Of a stretch of DNA of 64,000 nt, positions 12,404-26,188 are shown piece after piece. The translations under genes were made by a program, and so were the position numbers. Under the pieces are notes generated by a model. It was not told the origin of the DNA and did no database searches. It saw nothing but the letters and a program-made list of their open reading frames with translations. Source of the DNA: Octopus vulgaris. Taxonomy: Eukaryota. Each line of letters opens with the position of its first letter. The stretch's first letter is position 1. The stretch is from NCBI GenBank assembly GCA_951406725.2, contig OX597829.1, forward strand, positions 50,344,001 to 50,408,000, in the 5' to 3' direction.

Positions 12404-13954
12404 TTCACTTTTCAGTGAGAATGCAAAGTGGGTAAAAAACACCGACACGGAGGGCGCTTTCTCCTAGATACCTTCAGTAAGACATTCCCTAACGTACATT
12501 TCGCCATCTACAAAGATGATGCCCTCGCCTTAACAGCTAATACAAATGGACCAGCACAAGATCGTTTTAGGAAGGATATTATCCAGTTAATGAAACACTT
12601 CGGACTTAGTATAACTATAGACACTAACCTGACGGTTGTCAATTTCTTAGACGTTTCCTTAGATCTTAATAATAATATTTATAAGCCTTATAGGAAGCCC
12701 AATGATAGACTAAGTTATATTAATGTAGGTTCATGCCATCCCCCTATAGTATTCAAAAATTTAGTTAAAAATATTAGTAAGAGGATTTCTAGCCTCTCAT
12801 CTAATGAGGACATCTTCAATAGCGTTGCCCCAGTTTATAATAAAGCTTTAAAAGATAGTGGTTTTAGCGAAAAAATAAAATATACACCTATCACCAGCCC
12901 AACAATAAGGAAAAGGAATAATAGAAATAGGAAGGTCATCTGGTTTACGCCCTTACTCACCCGAGGTGGACTTCAATATAGGTAAATATTTCCTAGCACT
13001 GATAGATAGACATTTTCCAGTTAACCATGCTTATAGGAAACTCTTCAATAGACACAATTTAAAAATTAGTTTTAGTTCAACTACCAATTTTAAAAACATA
13101 ATCAATCATAACATACAAAAAACACAAGAAGAAAACAGCTGTTCATGCAGGAATAAAGAATTGTGCCCGCTAAATGGAGCTTGCATGTCCAAGACCATCA
13201 TATATGAAGCTACCGTAAACTCTATAACCACTAAAGACACCGTTTCGACGAAGAAATACGTGGGCCTGACAGAGGGTAATTTCAAGGCCAGGTTCAATAA
13301 CCACACTTTGAGCTTTAGGCACTGGAACAAAAGAAAAGCGACACAATTATCCAATCATATTTGGTCTTTAAGAGATAAAGGTGTCGATTATAACATACAA
13401 TGGAAGATTTTGGCCAGATGTAAGCCCTATACTAACGGCAGTGGAAGGTGCGGTTTATGCGACATGGAGAGATGGCTTATCTGGAAAAGCAGCTTAGACC
13501 CTACCACATGTCTAAATACAAGGACAGAGCTTTTCGGATCATGCCCACATGTGACTAAATTTCTGTTACGTTTTTGGTCCCCCTAAAGAAAACGGATAGA
13601 ACATGCTTTCTGTGTTATGTCCCAAGAAGATTTTATATATTTTTATATATTTTTATATATTTTTATGTATTTTTATATAATTTTTATGACGAAAAATGCG
13701 AGCGATGTATAAGTACGCAGGCAAAGCAGAGTTATAACAGAGTAATTTCCCTTCATTTTTAACGGTATTTTTTCATAACGTTTTCAAATAGCCAGATAAC
13801 CGAAGAGATGGTGTTGTGGATTTCCACTTCGGCATCTGAAACTCAGAGTTTTATCTTGACTACCGAGTAATGTAACATATTGTATAGATAAATTTCCTCT
13901 ATTTACATAATATTGAGGTCTCTTTCTTTCTTTTGTTATCTTACCGTTTTATCA

Positions 13955-13955
<1 letters not shown>
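12404..13955 (+). mobile_element. Penelope-like element, right arm: partial RT + GIY-YIG + 3' end
   Basis: Near-identical mirror of the left arm (ORFs 12428-12985, 12966-13586). Begins SLFSENAKWVKNTDTEGAF with a ~58-nt deletion between CTTTC microhomologies, and ends in (TA)n. Confidence 0.92.
13794..13856 (+). ncRNA. Hammerhead-like motif in the PLE 3' terminal repeat (variant CCGAAGA core)
   Basis: AGAUAA-CCGAAGA-GAUG...CAUC(U)-GAAAC-UCAGA-GUU-UUAUCU. Stem I AGAUAA/UUAUCU, palindromic stem III ACUC-A-GAGU. Confidence 0.6.
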
Positions 13956-13992
<37 letters not shown>

Positions 13993-14084
13993 ATATGTTT
14001 GTGTGTCTGTGTTTGTCCTCACAACATCACTTGACAACCGATGCTGGTGTGTTTACATCCCCGTAACTTAGCGGTTTGGCAAAT

Positions 14085-16339
14085 CTCCAATTACATCACT
14101 CTAATTAACATCAACTGTGACATTTTTCAAGGTGACTCACTTTCTCGTCAAATTATTTGCATTCTTCCATTATCCATTACAAGTGAACTTATCACAAATG
14201 GACGTTGGTATAAAACTAACAATAAGAAAAAAAGCCATTTACTTCATATAGATAACTTGAAACAATATGGCAAAGACAATGATGAGCTTGAAGGTCTATC
14301 ATGTCCAGTGAAAGCATTCGGTGATGACGCCGGGATGGAATTTGGTCTCAATAAGTATGCCAAGGCCTCTTTCAAAGAAGACCTAATTGAAGAATTGCGT
14401 TACATGTTGCAACAGTTATAAAAGAACTTGAGCAGGAACAAAATATCTTAGAATAAATGAAGTTCTCTGGCATTCAGCATGCAAGCATGAAAGAGAAGAT
14501 CAGGAAGGAATGTTACAGGAGTGTTTAAGCAGTTCTGAAATATTACAGGAGTGTCTAAGCAGTCCGGCATGTAACATGGTGTTAGCCATAAATTCCTTAG
14601 CAGCTGCAGTTATTACTTATAGCTTCAAAGTGTTGGACTGGAATAGCAGTAAAGTAAAAGAAATCGACAGGAAAATTCATAAGCTGCTGACTTTTTATAA
14701 GATGCACTACCCAAGGTAGACATGGATCATCTTTACCTTCCCAGAGCACAAGAACATTGAGACTTGATCCCATCTGAAAGTTTTTATACAAAACCACCAG
14801 GATTGGACTGACAAAATATCATGAAATAGCTAACAACTGGATGCTAAAACACGTTGAAAATTATGAGAAGAAAAGCAAAAGATTTGCTATTGATTTCATG
14901 AATGATACCCAAACTGAACAGCCCGAAGGAAGTGTAGCAACTGTTGTTCCAAAGAAAGTAAAATTAATGACAAAAAAATGCAAGAACAATTGGCGAGTAG
15001 GTGGGAGCAGAAATTTCTGAATGACAAATATGTGTTCCATAGCAAACAAAGCTGATGTAGACCAGAAGCACACCCATCAATGACTCCAAAGCTTAGGGTT
15101 AAAGGCAGAGAGCGAAGGCGTCATCTTAACTGGTCAAGATCAGAGCTTATTGACCCATAATTATCAAACCAATGTGATGAAAAATGGAAATGACCCAAAG
15201 TGCATGCTGATTCTGCAATGATGAGATTGAAACAGTGGAGTTATTAATCTCTGGATGTAAAGTTTTTAGCACCAGTGGAGTATAAATCAAGACACGACAA
15301 GAGTTGGCCAATATCTATACTGGTTAATATGTCAGCATTATAAAATTAAAACTGTATAGTCACTACCCTGAAGTTGTAACTGAGGGAGAAAATGTAATGA
15401 TTCTTTGGGACTTTCCAGTAAATACAGACAGGAGCATCAAAGCTAATAAACTGAATATTGTTGTAAAAGACCAAAATAATAAATTCCGTTTATTAATCAA
15501 CATCAGTACCCCTTGTGATAATAAAATTTCATCAAAAGATTTGACAAACTCAGAAAATATAAAGATTGAAATTGAAAAAAAATGTGGCATCTCAAGACAT
15601 TTGCAACAACAGTGATTGTAAAAGCACAAGAAATTATCAAAAAAGGAACTGAAAATCTTTTGAGCGTGATACCTGGCTTACCATTCCTGCAAGAATTACA
15701 GAAGGTTGTTTTAAATGGCATGTAACATGTATTGAGAAGAGTATTGTTGCTGTAAGAATGATAACCTTACATATTAAATTTTAGGCACAGGAGTGGCTGT
15801 ATGGTTCCGGGTTCAGTCCCACTGCATGGCACCTTGGGCAAGTGTCTTCTACTATAGTCTTGGGCCAACCAAAGCCTTGAGTGAATTGGTAGTTGGAAAC
15901 TGAAAGAAGGCCATTGTTTATATGTGTGTGTGTGTGTGTGTGTGTTTGTGTGTGTATGTGTGTATGTATGTATGTGTTTGTGTTTGTCCCCCCTCCCACC
16001 ATCACTTGACAACCAATGTTGGTGTGTTAATGACCACGTAACATAGCAGTTCAGCAAAAGAGACCAATAGAATAAGTACCAGGCTTACAAAAAATAAGTC
16101 CTGGGATCGATTTGTTCGACTAAAGGCGGTGCACCAGCATGACCACGGTCAAATGACTGAAACAAGTAAAAGATTAAAAAGAAAAAGAGAATATCTTTAT
16201 TTGATCTTGTAAATGAACAACCTAGCATTTTTATTTTAATGTATACAGTGACTTTCTTTGCCCTAGGTGTCAGGAAGACAATTTTCAGGATGACACTTAA
16301 CAGGAAATGGAAACAAAATTGAAATAAAAATAAATAATA

Positions 16340-16380
<41 letters not shown>
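14085..16380 (+). mobile_element. Degraded R4/Dong-like (RLE-type) LINE, interrupted by a SINE at 15785-16190
   Basis: Fragments IFQGDSLS, HLLHIDNLKQY, GMEFGLNK, AINSLA, LKAESEG.I...QDQ and ILWDFPVNTDRSIKANK.NIVV, with many stops. The 3' UTR runs into (TAA)n. Confidence 0.8.
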
Positions 16381-16405
<25 letters not shown>

Positions 16406-16580
16406 AAGAAGAGGAGGAGGAGGAGGAGGAGGAGGAGGAGGAGGAGGAGGAGGAAGAAGAAGAAGAAGAAGAAGAAGAAGAAGAAGAAGAAGAAGAAGAA
16501 GAAGAAGAAGAAGAAGAAGAAGAAGAAGAAGAAGAAGAAGAAGAAGAAGAAGAAGAAGAAGAAGAAGAAGAAGAAGAAGA
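16340..16580. repeat. Compound (TAA)n(GAA)n(GGA)n(GAA)n microsatellite
   Basis: Directly visible. Confidence 0.95.
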
Positions 16581-17012
16581 ATGTATCTGTCAAGACCTAT
16601 CAAAAACTGAGCAAGTATAAAGATCTTGAAATACAAATCAGCAAAATGTGGAACCTGAGGGCTAAAACAATATCTGTTGTCATAGGTTCCCATGGAATGA
16701 TTGCAAATGGGGCTGATTCCTACCTAGCTCAGATACCAGGAAACACCAAAATGGCAGAAATTCAAAAGATAGTGCTCATGGGAACTGCCCATATCCTACA
16801 TAAAATACAGTCTATATAATCTCAAATTTTAAGACAAACTTATAATTTTCTTATGTTTTCTGAAACATTCCCTAGAACAATATTTTGTGCAAAACCAAAT
16901 ATATGGCACTGTAGTTATAACACCAGCTTGAACTTCTAATTTTTATTGTCTCTTGAGGTCTCTGAGTGAGACTGGAGCCAACTTGAATAAATACAAAGCA
17001 AAAGTCAAACAT
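16581..17012 (+). mobile_element. 3' fragment of a second R4/Dong-like LINE
   Basis: KLSKYKDLEIQISKMWNLRAKTISVVIGS.GMI...EIQKIVLMGTAHIL, typical of the RLE C-terminus. Confidence 0.8.
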
Positions 17013-17029
17013 ATGACGACGACGGCGAA

Positions 17030-17425
17030 TGTCCCTTAGTGGCTGATGATATTGTCATCTCTGATCACAAGCAGAAGTAGTGGGAGAGTATCATAGCCGT
17101 GTGTTGAGAGGAATTCTTTAGGGTCTGAATAATTCACCTCTCGAAACATGGATGTTTCCTACAACATCCTTAAACAATCCTTTTCCAGGGACCTTTTGAG
17201 CAAGGTAGGCTACTTGACGAGAAGAAAATTCTAACTGGGCCCCATCTGCAAGGTCATGCATTGTGTATCTTGATATGAGATCACCATGTCACGCACATAT
17301 GGTTGTGATGCATGTGCCTAGTGTACCCTTATCAGATGGGTAGTCATGATGGGAATACTGGGCTTTGTATATTTTACCCTAGTGTCACTTTGATGGCATG
17401 CTCTGCTCTCTCACTCAATAATAAT
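17030..17425 (+). mobile_element. Unclassified interspersed repeat ending in (TAA)n (probable LINE 3' UTR)
   Basis: Reverse-complement homologous to 58440-59000 and 59240-59590. Always abuts (TAA)n. Confidence 0.6.
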
Positions 17426-17586
17426 AACAACAACAACAAGAACAACAATGATAATAATGATAATAACAACGATACTAATAAGGTTCCATAAATTAACTAC
17501 CAGTTGCATACTGGGGTCGACTAGCCCCTTTCCCTGCTAAATTTTTATGGTCTTGTGCCTAGAGTAAAAATTGTGCCTAGAGTAAA

Positions 17587-17631
<45 letters not shown>

Positions 17632-17844
17632 CAATAACAACAAATACAAATGTCAGAAAAAACTTAGGCATGACATGCCCTCCATTGACAACCAGAAAGG
17701 TTTTTATTCAGAAAAGTAGGTGTGAATCTATAATAGAGGATTTTGTTATTGCTTTTCTCTTGGAAACAGTAATCATAAATAAGGTAATATCAATCGTAAG
17801 TAGGTAGGTATATCGAAAACATGCCAAGACAAGCTAGATAGGAA

Positions 17845-19049
<1,205 letters not shown>

Positions 19050-19250
19050 GCTTTATGCAATAGACAATGATCAGTTAGGTAATATGAACAATATATTTCA
19101 AACAATGCTGGGTATAAATGCATGTATGTGCACGTACCTGTGTGTGTATATATATGTAGATGTGTGTAAGTAAACATGTGTGTGATTGTGTATTTAACGA
19201 TTTGGTCTCGAAGGAAGGAGTTGTAAGATTAGTGAGATTAATGCAACAGG

Positions 19251-20020
19251 TGTTTCTCCTTTAAAGCTGCAGGGGAAATGTTTATACAGGGGGGGGGGAG
19301 GGAATATCAGTGGGTTGGTGCTTGGTGGGGAAGAAGGGATGGGTGAAAATTGGCTAGTACATGGTTCGGGTGGAGGACGGAGATACAATAAAGATAATCT
19401 TTTCTACTCTAGGCACAAGGCCTGAAATTTTGGGGGAACAGGGGGCAGTTGATTAGATCAACCCCAGTATGCAACTGGTACTTAATTTACTATCTGTCCT
19501 TGTTTGTCCCCTCTGTGTTTAGCCCTTTGTGGGTAATAAAGAAATAGGTACTTAATTTAATTGACCCTGAAAGGATGAAAGGCAAAGTTGACCTTGGCAG
19601 AATTTGAACTCAGAACGTGGTGACAGATGAAATACTGTTTCTCCTTAAAGCTGCAGGGGAAATGTTTATACAGGGGGAGGGAATATCAGTGGGCTGGTGC
19701 TTGGTGGGGAAGAAGGGATGGGTGAAAATTGGCTAGTACATGGTTCGGGTGGAGGAGGACGTAGATATAATAAAGATAATCTTTTCTACTCTAGGCACAA
19801 GGCCTGAAATTTTGGGGGAACAGGGGGCAGTTGATTAGATCAACCCCAGTATGCAACTGGTACTTAATTTACTATCTGTCCTTGTTTGTCCCCTCTGTGT
19901 TTAGCCCTTTGTGGGTAATAAAGAAATAGGTACTTAATTTAATTGACCCTGAAAGGATGAAAGGCAAAGTTGACCTCGGCAGAATTTGAACTCAGAACAT
20001 GGTGACAGATGAAATACTGT
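19251..20020. repeat. ~385-bp direct tandem duplication including a family B SINE piece
   Basis: TGTTTCTCCTT(T)AAAGCTGCAGGGG starts at 19251 and 19636, and the copies are nearly identical. Confidence 0.9.
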
Positions 20021-21045
20021 TAAGTGTTTTACCCAGTGGGCTAACAGCTCAGCCAGCTCATTGCAGGGTTACAGTATTGATCGCTTGATAAGTGTAGTTA
20101 TTATTATGTCTTTGTGCAAATCGAAAGCGCCAAGGCTGACAGGATACTAAATTGGATAACGTTTAGAAGATCTCCTCCATTCACGGAGTTAGTCCAGGCT
20201 TTTTATGTGATAAGCACCCACTACATTCTCGGAGTGGTTGGTGTTAGGAAGGGCATCCAGCTGTAGAAACACTGCCAGATCAGACTGGAGTCTGGTGTGG
20301 CTTCCTGGCTTGCCAGTCCCCAGTCAAACCGTGCAACTTATGCCAGCATGGAAAGCAGATGTTAAACGATGATGATAAGTTAAGTTAAGTTAATTTTTGG
20401 GCTCAAAAAGCAAAAAAGCAAGGCCATGTAGGGGGACATGGAGTTATGTACAGGGTGGTGTTCATGCAAAGAGTTCAGGCCATCTTCACTATCTCGTTCG
20501 ATGAGGTTAAAGGAAGATGAAGAGTGATATCATCTGCACAGGTGTAGACATTGTTGATGGTAACTGCAAACAGATTCACCAATGCATCATCATGGATATG
20601 CAAAAATTAATGAGATGAAGAGTCATGGATGGAATGCACTTCCTTGACTGAGGATGATCAGAAATTAAGCAATAACAAGAACAACAATATAAAATAGATA
20701 ATGAATTTAAAGATCGGTACAGGAATCTAATTCAACAAATTGCTGGAACACGTATTTAAATTAGATATTTTGGATCATATTCCAAAATTATGGATGTGCA
20801 GAGGTGGTTTAGATGCTTGCTTTGCAACCACATGGCTTCAGGTTCAATCCTGCTGTGTGGCATCTTGCACAAGTGTCTTCTACTATAGCACCAGGCCAAC
20901 CAAGGCTTTGCAAGTGAATTTGATAGATGGAAATATATTGTATGGAAGTCCTTTGTGTGTGTATATGTGTGTGTATGTATGCATGCATGTATGTATGTAT
21001 GCATGCTTGTATGCATGCATGTATGTATGTATGCGTGCTTGTATG

Positions 21046-21077
<32 letters not shown>

Positions 21078-21609
21078 CTGGGCTAAAAAGTTACATTCGA
21101 TCACAGCACCAGTAACAGTTAAGCTTCATGCAATGGCCATACTCGATAACGAGGGGGCAGCCATAATAATGTATGTATGTATATGTATAGATATGTGTGT
21201 ATATATGTATATATACATGTGTGCATGTGTATATATGAATGTGAATATGTGAGTGTGTGTCTTTGTGTTTATGTTTATCACCACCACCACCACCACCACC
21301 ACTTGAGAACTAATGCTGCTTTCCAGTAACTTAGCAAACAGGGAACTACTAGAATAAATACTAAACTTATGATAAATACCAGAGTTAATTCATTTTCATT
21401 CAACTAAAACTTTTCGAGGCAGTGCCCCAGCATGGCCACATTCCAATGACTGAAAACAGTAAAACATAAAGGATATCTTACTTGCACTCCCTACAGCTAG
21501 GCAAACTAAAGTACATAGAATGAAGTACATAAAATGAAGTACCTAATCAATAGACATAAACTTCTCGTGGTTCATACAAATCCTGGACCTAAACACAGAT
21601 CTTCTATCT

Positions 21610-22270
21610 TTTATATTTTACTTGTTTCAGTCATTGGACTGTGGCCATGCTGGGGCACCACCTTAAAGGGTTTTAGTTGAACAAATCAATCCCAGTATAT
21701 CTTTTACTTGCTTCAGTCATTGGACTGTGGCCATGCTGGAGCACCACCTTGAAGGGTTTTAGTTGAACAAATCAATCCCAGTATATCTTTTATCTTTTAC
21801 TTGTTTCAGTCAGTGGACTGTGGCCATGCTGGGGCACCACCTTCAACGCTTTTAGTTGAACAAATCAATCCCAGTATATCTTTTATCTTTTACTTGTTTC
21901 AGTCATTGGACTGTGGCCATGCTGGGGCACCACCTTGAAGGCTTTTAGTTGAACAAATCAATCCCAGTATATCTTTTATCTTTTACTTGTTTCACTCATT
22001 GCACTGTGGCCATGCTGGGGCACCACCTTGAAGGGTTTTAGTTGAACAAATCAATCCCAGTATATCTTTTATCTTTTACTTGTTTCAGTCATTGGACTGT
22101 GGCCATGCTGGGGCACCACCTTGAAGGGTTTTAGTTGAACAAATCAATCCCAGTATATCTTTTATCTTTTACTTGTTTCAGTCATTGGACTGTGGCCATG
22201 CTGGGGTACCACCTTGAAGGGTTCTAGTTGAACAAATCAATCCCAGTATATCTTTTATCTTTTACTTGTT
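21610..22270 (-). repeat. 93-bp SINE-tail satellite, ~7 units
   Basis: Reverse complement of the unit in 31955-37590. Runs on into the remainder of a family A SINE. Confidence 0.9.
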
Positions 22271-23384
22271 TCGACCCCAGAACTTACTTTTTTTTGAAGT
22301 CTTGTAATTATTCTACCAGTTTGTTTTGCCAAATCACTAAATTACAAGGATGTAAACATACGAACATCGGTTGTCAAGTGATGGTAGACACAAAGACACA
22401 CATGTTTAAGTATATACTATGTGGTGGGTTTCTTTCAGGTTCTGCTTACCAAATCTATTCACAAAGCTTTGATCAGCCCAAGGGTTTGTAGAAGACATTT
22501 ACCCAATATGCCTAACGGTAGACCTGAACCCCAAAACCATGTGATTGGGAAGCAAAATTCTAAACAGAAAAAAAATTATCATGAAATTTGGTGAATGAAG
22601 AAAGACGACAGATGAAAAAAATGTGAAGAATAAGGAAGAAAGACTGATTAATGAAGAATATGTAGGAAAAAAATGAAGAAAAGCAACTGGAAAAATATTA
22701 AAAACAACAAAAAAGAAACAAAAGAAAGAATTATAAAGAATGAAGAAGAATAAGGAAGAATGACAAAGGCTGAAAAATAATAGAAAAGAAAAGGTTGACA
22801 AGAAGAAATTTTCGAAAAAAGAACAAAAATGGAGGAGTGGAAAATGAAGAATGAAGAGATTTAAGGAAAATGGAAAATTAAAGAATATGGAATTGGACAC
22901 AAAATAAAATAATGGTGAAGATACTAAAGAACAAAGGTGGGAAATTGTTGGAGAATAATTCTTAAATAGAATAACAACAATGTATTGGCTTTATAAAGAA
23001 GTGGGAAATCAATGTTACGCAATATTTATGTTCTTTTCTCAAAGACAATAACAATGGGTATTGTTGGAATGGCCTCAAGCAAAAAACAAACAAAAAATAG
23101 ATCACAGACTTGACATACTTCAGTAACAGTTTGAATAATGAAAGTAAGAAGAAAAAATTGGGGAAGATGAAAAACAAAAAAAAATACCAAAAATAGAAAT
23201 ATATGGTTAAGGACATTGGTGCAAGCAAAGCTGCCTGGTTAAGAAGTCTGTTTCACAACCAGATATCCAAATATTGTCAAATTTGATTCCATCCTGGTCA
23301 AGTGGCTTCCACAACATACTTGAGCTGACTAATACATCATGAGTGAAATCTGATAGACAGAAACCTTTTGTATATATATAAATA

Positions 23385-23582
23385 TATATATATTGGTAAA
23401 AACGGTAAGATAACAAAAAGAAAGAAAGAGACCTCAATATTATGTAAATAGAGGAAATTTATCTGTAAAATAATATGTGACAATTATTCGGTAGCCAAGA
23501 TAAAACTTTGAGTTTCGGATGCCGAGGTGGAAACTCAAAGTTTTATCTTGGCTACCGAATAATTGTCACATATTATATTTAC

Positions 23583-23590
<8 letters not shown>
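23385..23590. mobile_element. PLE 3'-terminal fragment with fold-back, in (TA)n
   Basis: Homologous to 13820-13955 in reverse. 23461-23587 is a palindrome. Confidence 0.8.
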
Positions 23591-23625
<35 letters not shown>

Positions 23626-23635
23626 TATATATGTG

Positions 23636-26188
23636 TTCAGTAGACAAAGCCATTAGTGCAAAGAGACAGGCCTGGAAAGCCTGGAGGAATGGGGGCAGCA
23701 GGGAACTGTACCAGGTAGCCAAAAGGGAGGCTGGGTGGCAGGTATACATAGCCAAAGATGTAGCAGAAAAGAAGAAGTTTGCCAATGTCCTGCAACGTGA
23801 GGACCAAAGAGCTGAGGTATTTCGGATTGCCAGACAGTGTGTGAGAGAAAATAGTGATGTTACAGGAGAGAAATGTGTCCACATAGATGATGGGGGCACT
23901 TGCTTTTAATGTTAGTGAAAAGAAAGAGGCTTGGAGAAGCCATTATGAAAGACTGCTGAATGAGGAGAATGAATGGGAGGAGGAGAGCCTGCCAAATGTT
24001 GACCCAGTAGAGGGACCAGCTATCCGAATAGACAGCTCCCTTGTAGTTAAGGCAATTAAGGATATGAAAACAGGTAAGGCCCCTGGCCCATCAGGAATCA
24101 CTGCTGGGATGCTTAAAACAGCTGGCTAAGTGGGCTATGGCCTAGTCACTGGCATTGTAAACCAGGTAGTTCACAATGGAGTCATACCCAATGACTGGCG
24201 TAGCAGCACCATAGTCAACTGCTACAAGGGTAAGGGTGATGCTCTAGATAGAAATAACTACAGGGGTATTAAACTGTTGGATCAGGTGATGAAGGTCACA
24301 GAGAGGGTCATAACCCATCTCATTAGGGAGAGAATTTGCTTAGATGAGATGTGTTCGGTTTTGTGCCGGGTAGAAGCACCACTGATGCTATATTCCTGGT
24401 CCGACAACTGCAGAAGTACCTAGCTAAAGATAAACCCCTCTACATAGCTTTTGTGGACTTGGAGAAAGCCTTTGACAGGGTTCCACGATGCCTTATCTGG
24501 TGGTCGATGCGGAAACTGGAAATTGACGAATGGCTAATAAGGGCTGTACAGGCTCTATACAGAGAGGCTGTCAGCAAGGTTAGGATTGGCAACGAATATA
24601 GTGAAGAATTCCGGGTAGAAGTAGGTGTACACCAAGGCTCAGCCCTCAGTCCCCTTTTATTCATCTTAGTCCTCCAGGCAATAACAGAGGAATTCAAAAC
24701 AGGATGCCCTTGGGAGCTCCTCTATGCTGATGACCTGGCTCTCATAGCAGAATCAGTACCGGAACAAGAAAAGAAATTTCAGGTGTGGAAGCAAGGGTTA
24801 GAATCAAAGGGCCTTAGAGTAAATGTAGCAAAGACCAAAGTTATAGTAAGCAGAAAGGCGAACTCAGCACACACACCCTCAGGCAAGTGGCCCTGCTCGA
24901 TCTGTAGGAAAGGTGTAGGTAGAAACTCCATAAGATGCACCCAATGTAAGCTATGGACGCATAAGAGGTGCAGCAACATCAAAGGGAAATTAACTGACAA
25001 GATAGCTTTCATGTGCGGCAGATGCACAGGGACAATAGACACCACAGACACTCAGAAAACAGATTCCATCACACTCCAGGGGGAGAAATTAGAAGTAGTT
25101 GATAGTTTCCGCTACCTGGGTGACCAAGTTAGTAGTGGAGGTGGATGCTCAGAGAGTATCACTACTAGAATACGAATAGCCCGGGCAAAGTTCAGAAAGC
25201 TCCTACCCCTACTGGCGACAAAGGGTCTCTCACTCATTGTGAAAGGTAGATTGTATGATGCATGTGTGCGAACTGCCATGCTTCACGGTAGTGAAACATG
25301 GGCTGTGACTGCAGAGGACATGCGTAGACTTGAAAGAAATGAAGCTAGCATGATCCGCTGGATGTGTAATGTCAGTGTGCACGCACGACAGAGTGTAAGC
25401 ACCCCGAGAGAAATGCTGGACATAAGAAGCATCAGATGTGGTGTGCAAGAGCGACGCTTGCGATGGTATGGTCATGTACTGCGGATTGATGAGGAGAGAT
25501 GTGTGAAGAAGTTCCGCTCCCAAACAGTTGAAGGTATCAGGGGTTGAGGTAGACCCAGGAAGACATGGGATGAGGTAGTCAAGCATGACCTCAGAGCATT
25601 GGGCCTCACTGAGGCAATGGCGAAGGACCGAGATCTCTGGAGATATGCTGTGACTGCAAAGACCCGGGCTGCTTCCTGCACCAGTTCCGCATAGCCCCCT
25701 GCCCATTCAAAGTACCCTGGATCCCGGAACGTCTCGCTGTGCTTGAGGAGACCTGTTGAGTCAAGTACATGAACATGAACATTGAAATAAATATCATTGG
25801 AAATAGTAGTTATGATACCTGTGCCGGTGGCACTGGCCGTTGCCAGCGCCGCCCCGACTGGCTTCTGTGCCGGTGGCACATAAAAAGCACCATCGGAACG
25901 TGGCCGTTGCCAGTCCCGCCTTAGCTGGCTTCCGTGCCGGTGGCACGTTAAAAGCTCCAACTGATCGTGGCCGATGCTGGACCCCCCTGGCACCTGTGAA
26001 GGTGGCACGTAAAAAGCACCCACTACACTCGCGGAGTGGTTGGTGTTAGGAAGGGAATCCGGCTGTAGAAACTCTGCCAGATCAAACTGGAGCCTGGTGC
26101 AGCCCCTGGCTTCCCAGACCCCGGTCGAACCGTCCAACCCGTGCTAGCGCGGAAAACGGACGTTAAACGATGATGATGATGATGATGA
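23636..26188 (+). mobile_element. RTE-clade LINE, 5'-truncated and frameshifted; RT with internal PHD finger
   Basis: KAPGPSGI, NYRGIKLL, FVDLEKAFDRV, GVHQGSALSPLLF, LLYADDL, C4HC3 insert, FRYLG and RRLRWYGHV, then 3' UTR and (GAT)n tail. Confidence 0.95.

Noticed and set aside
12428-13586. Selenoprotein-type (UGA-recoding) PLE
   Set aside because: No in-frame TGA at cysteine positions, and the endonuclease is C-terminal.
20480-20660. Host exon
   Set aside because: The minus strand reads VYTCADDITLH, a decayed LINE RT YADD motif.
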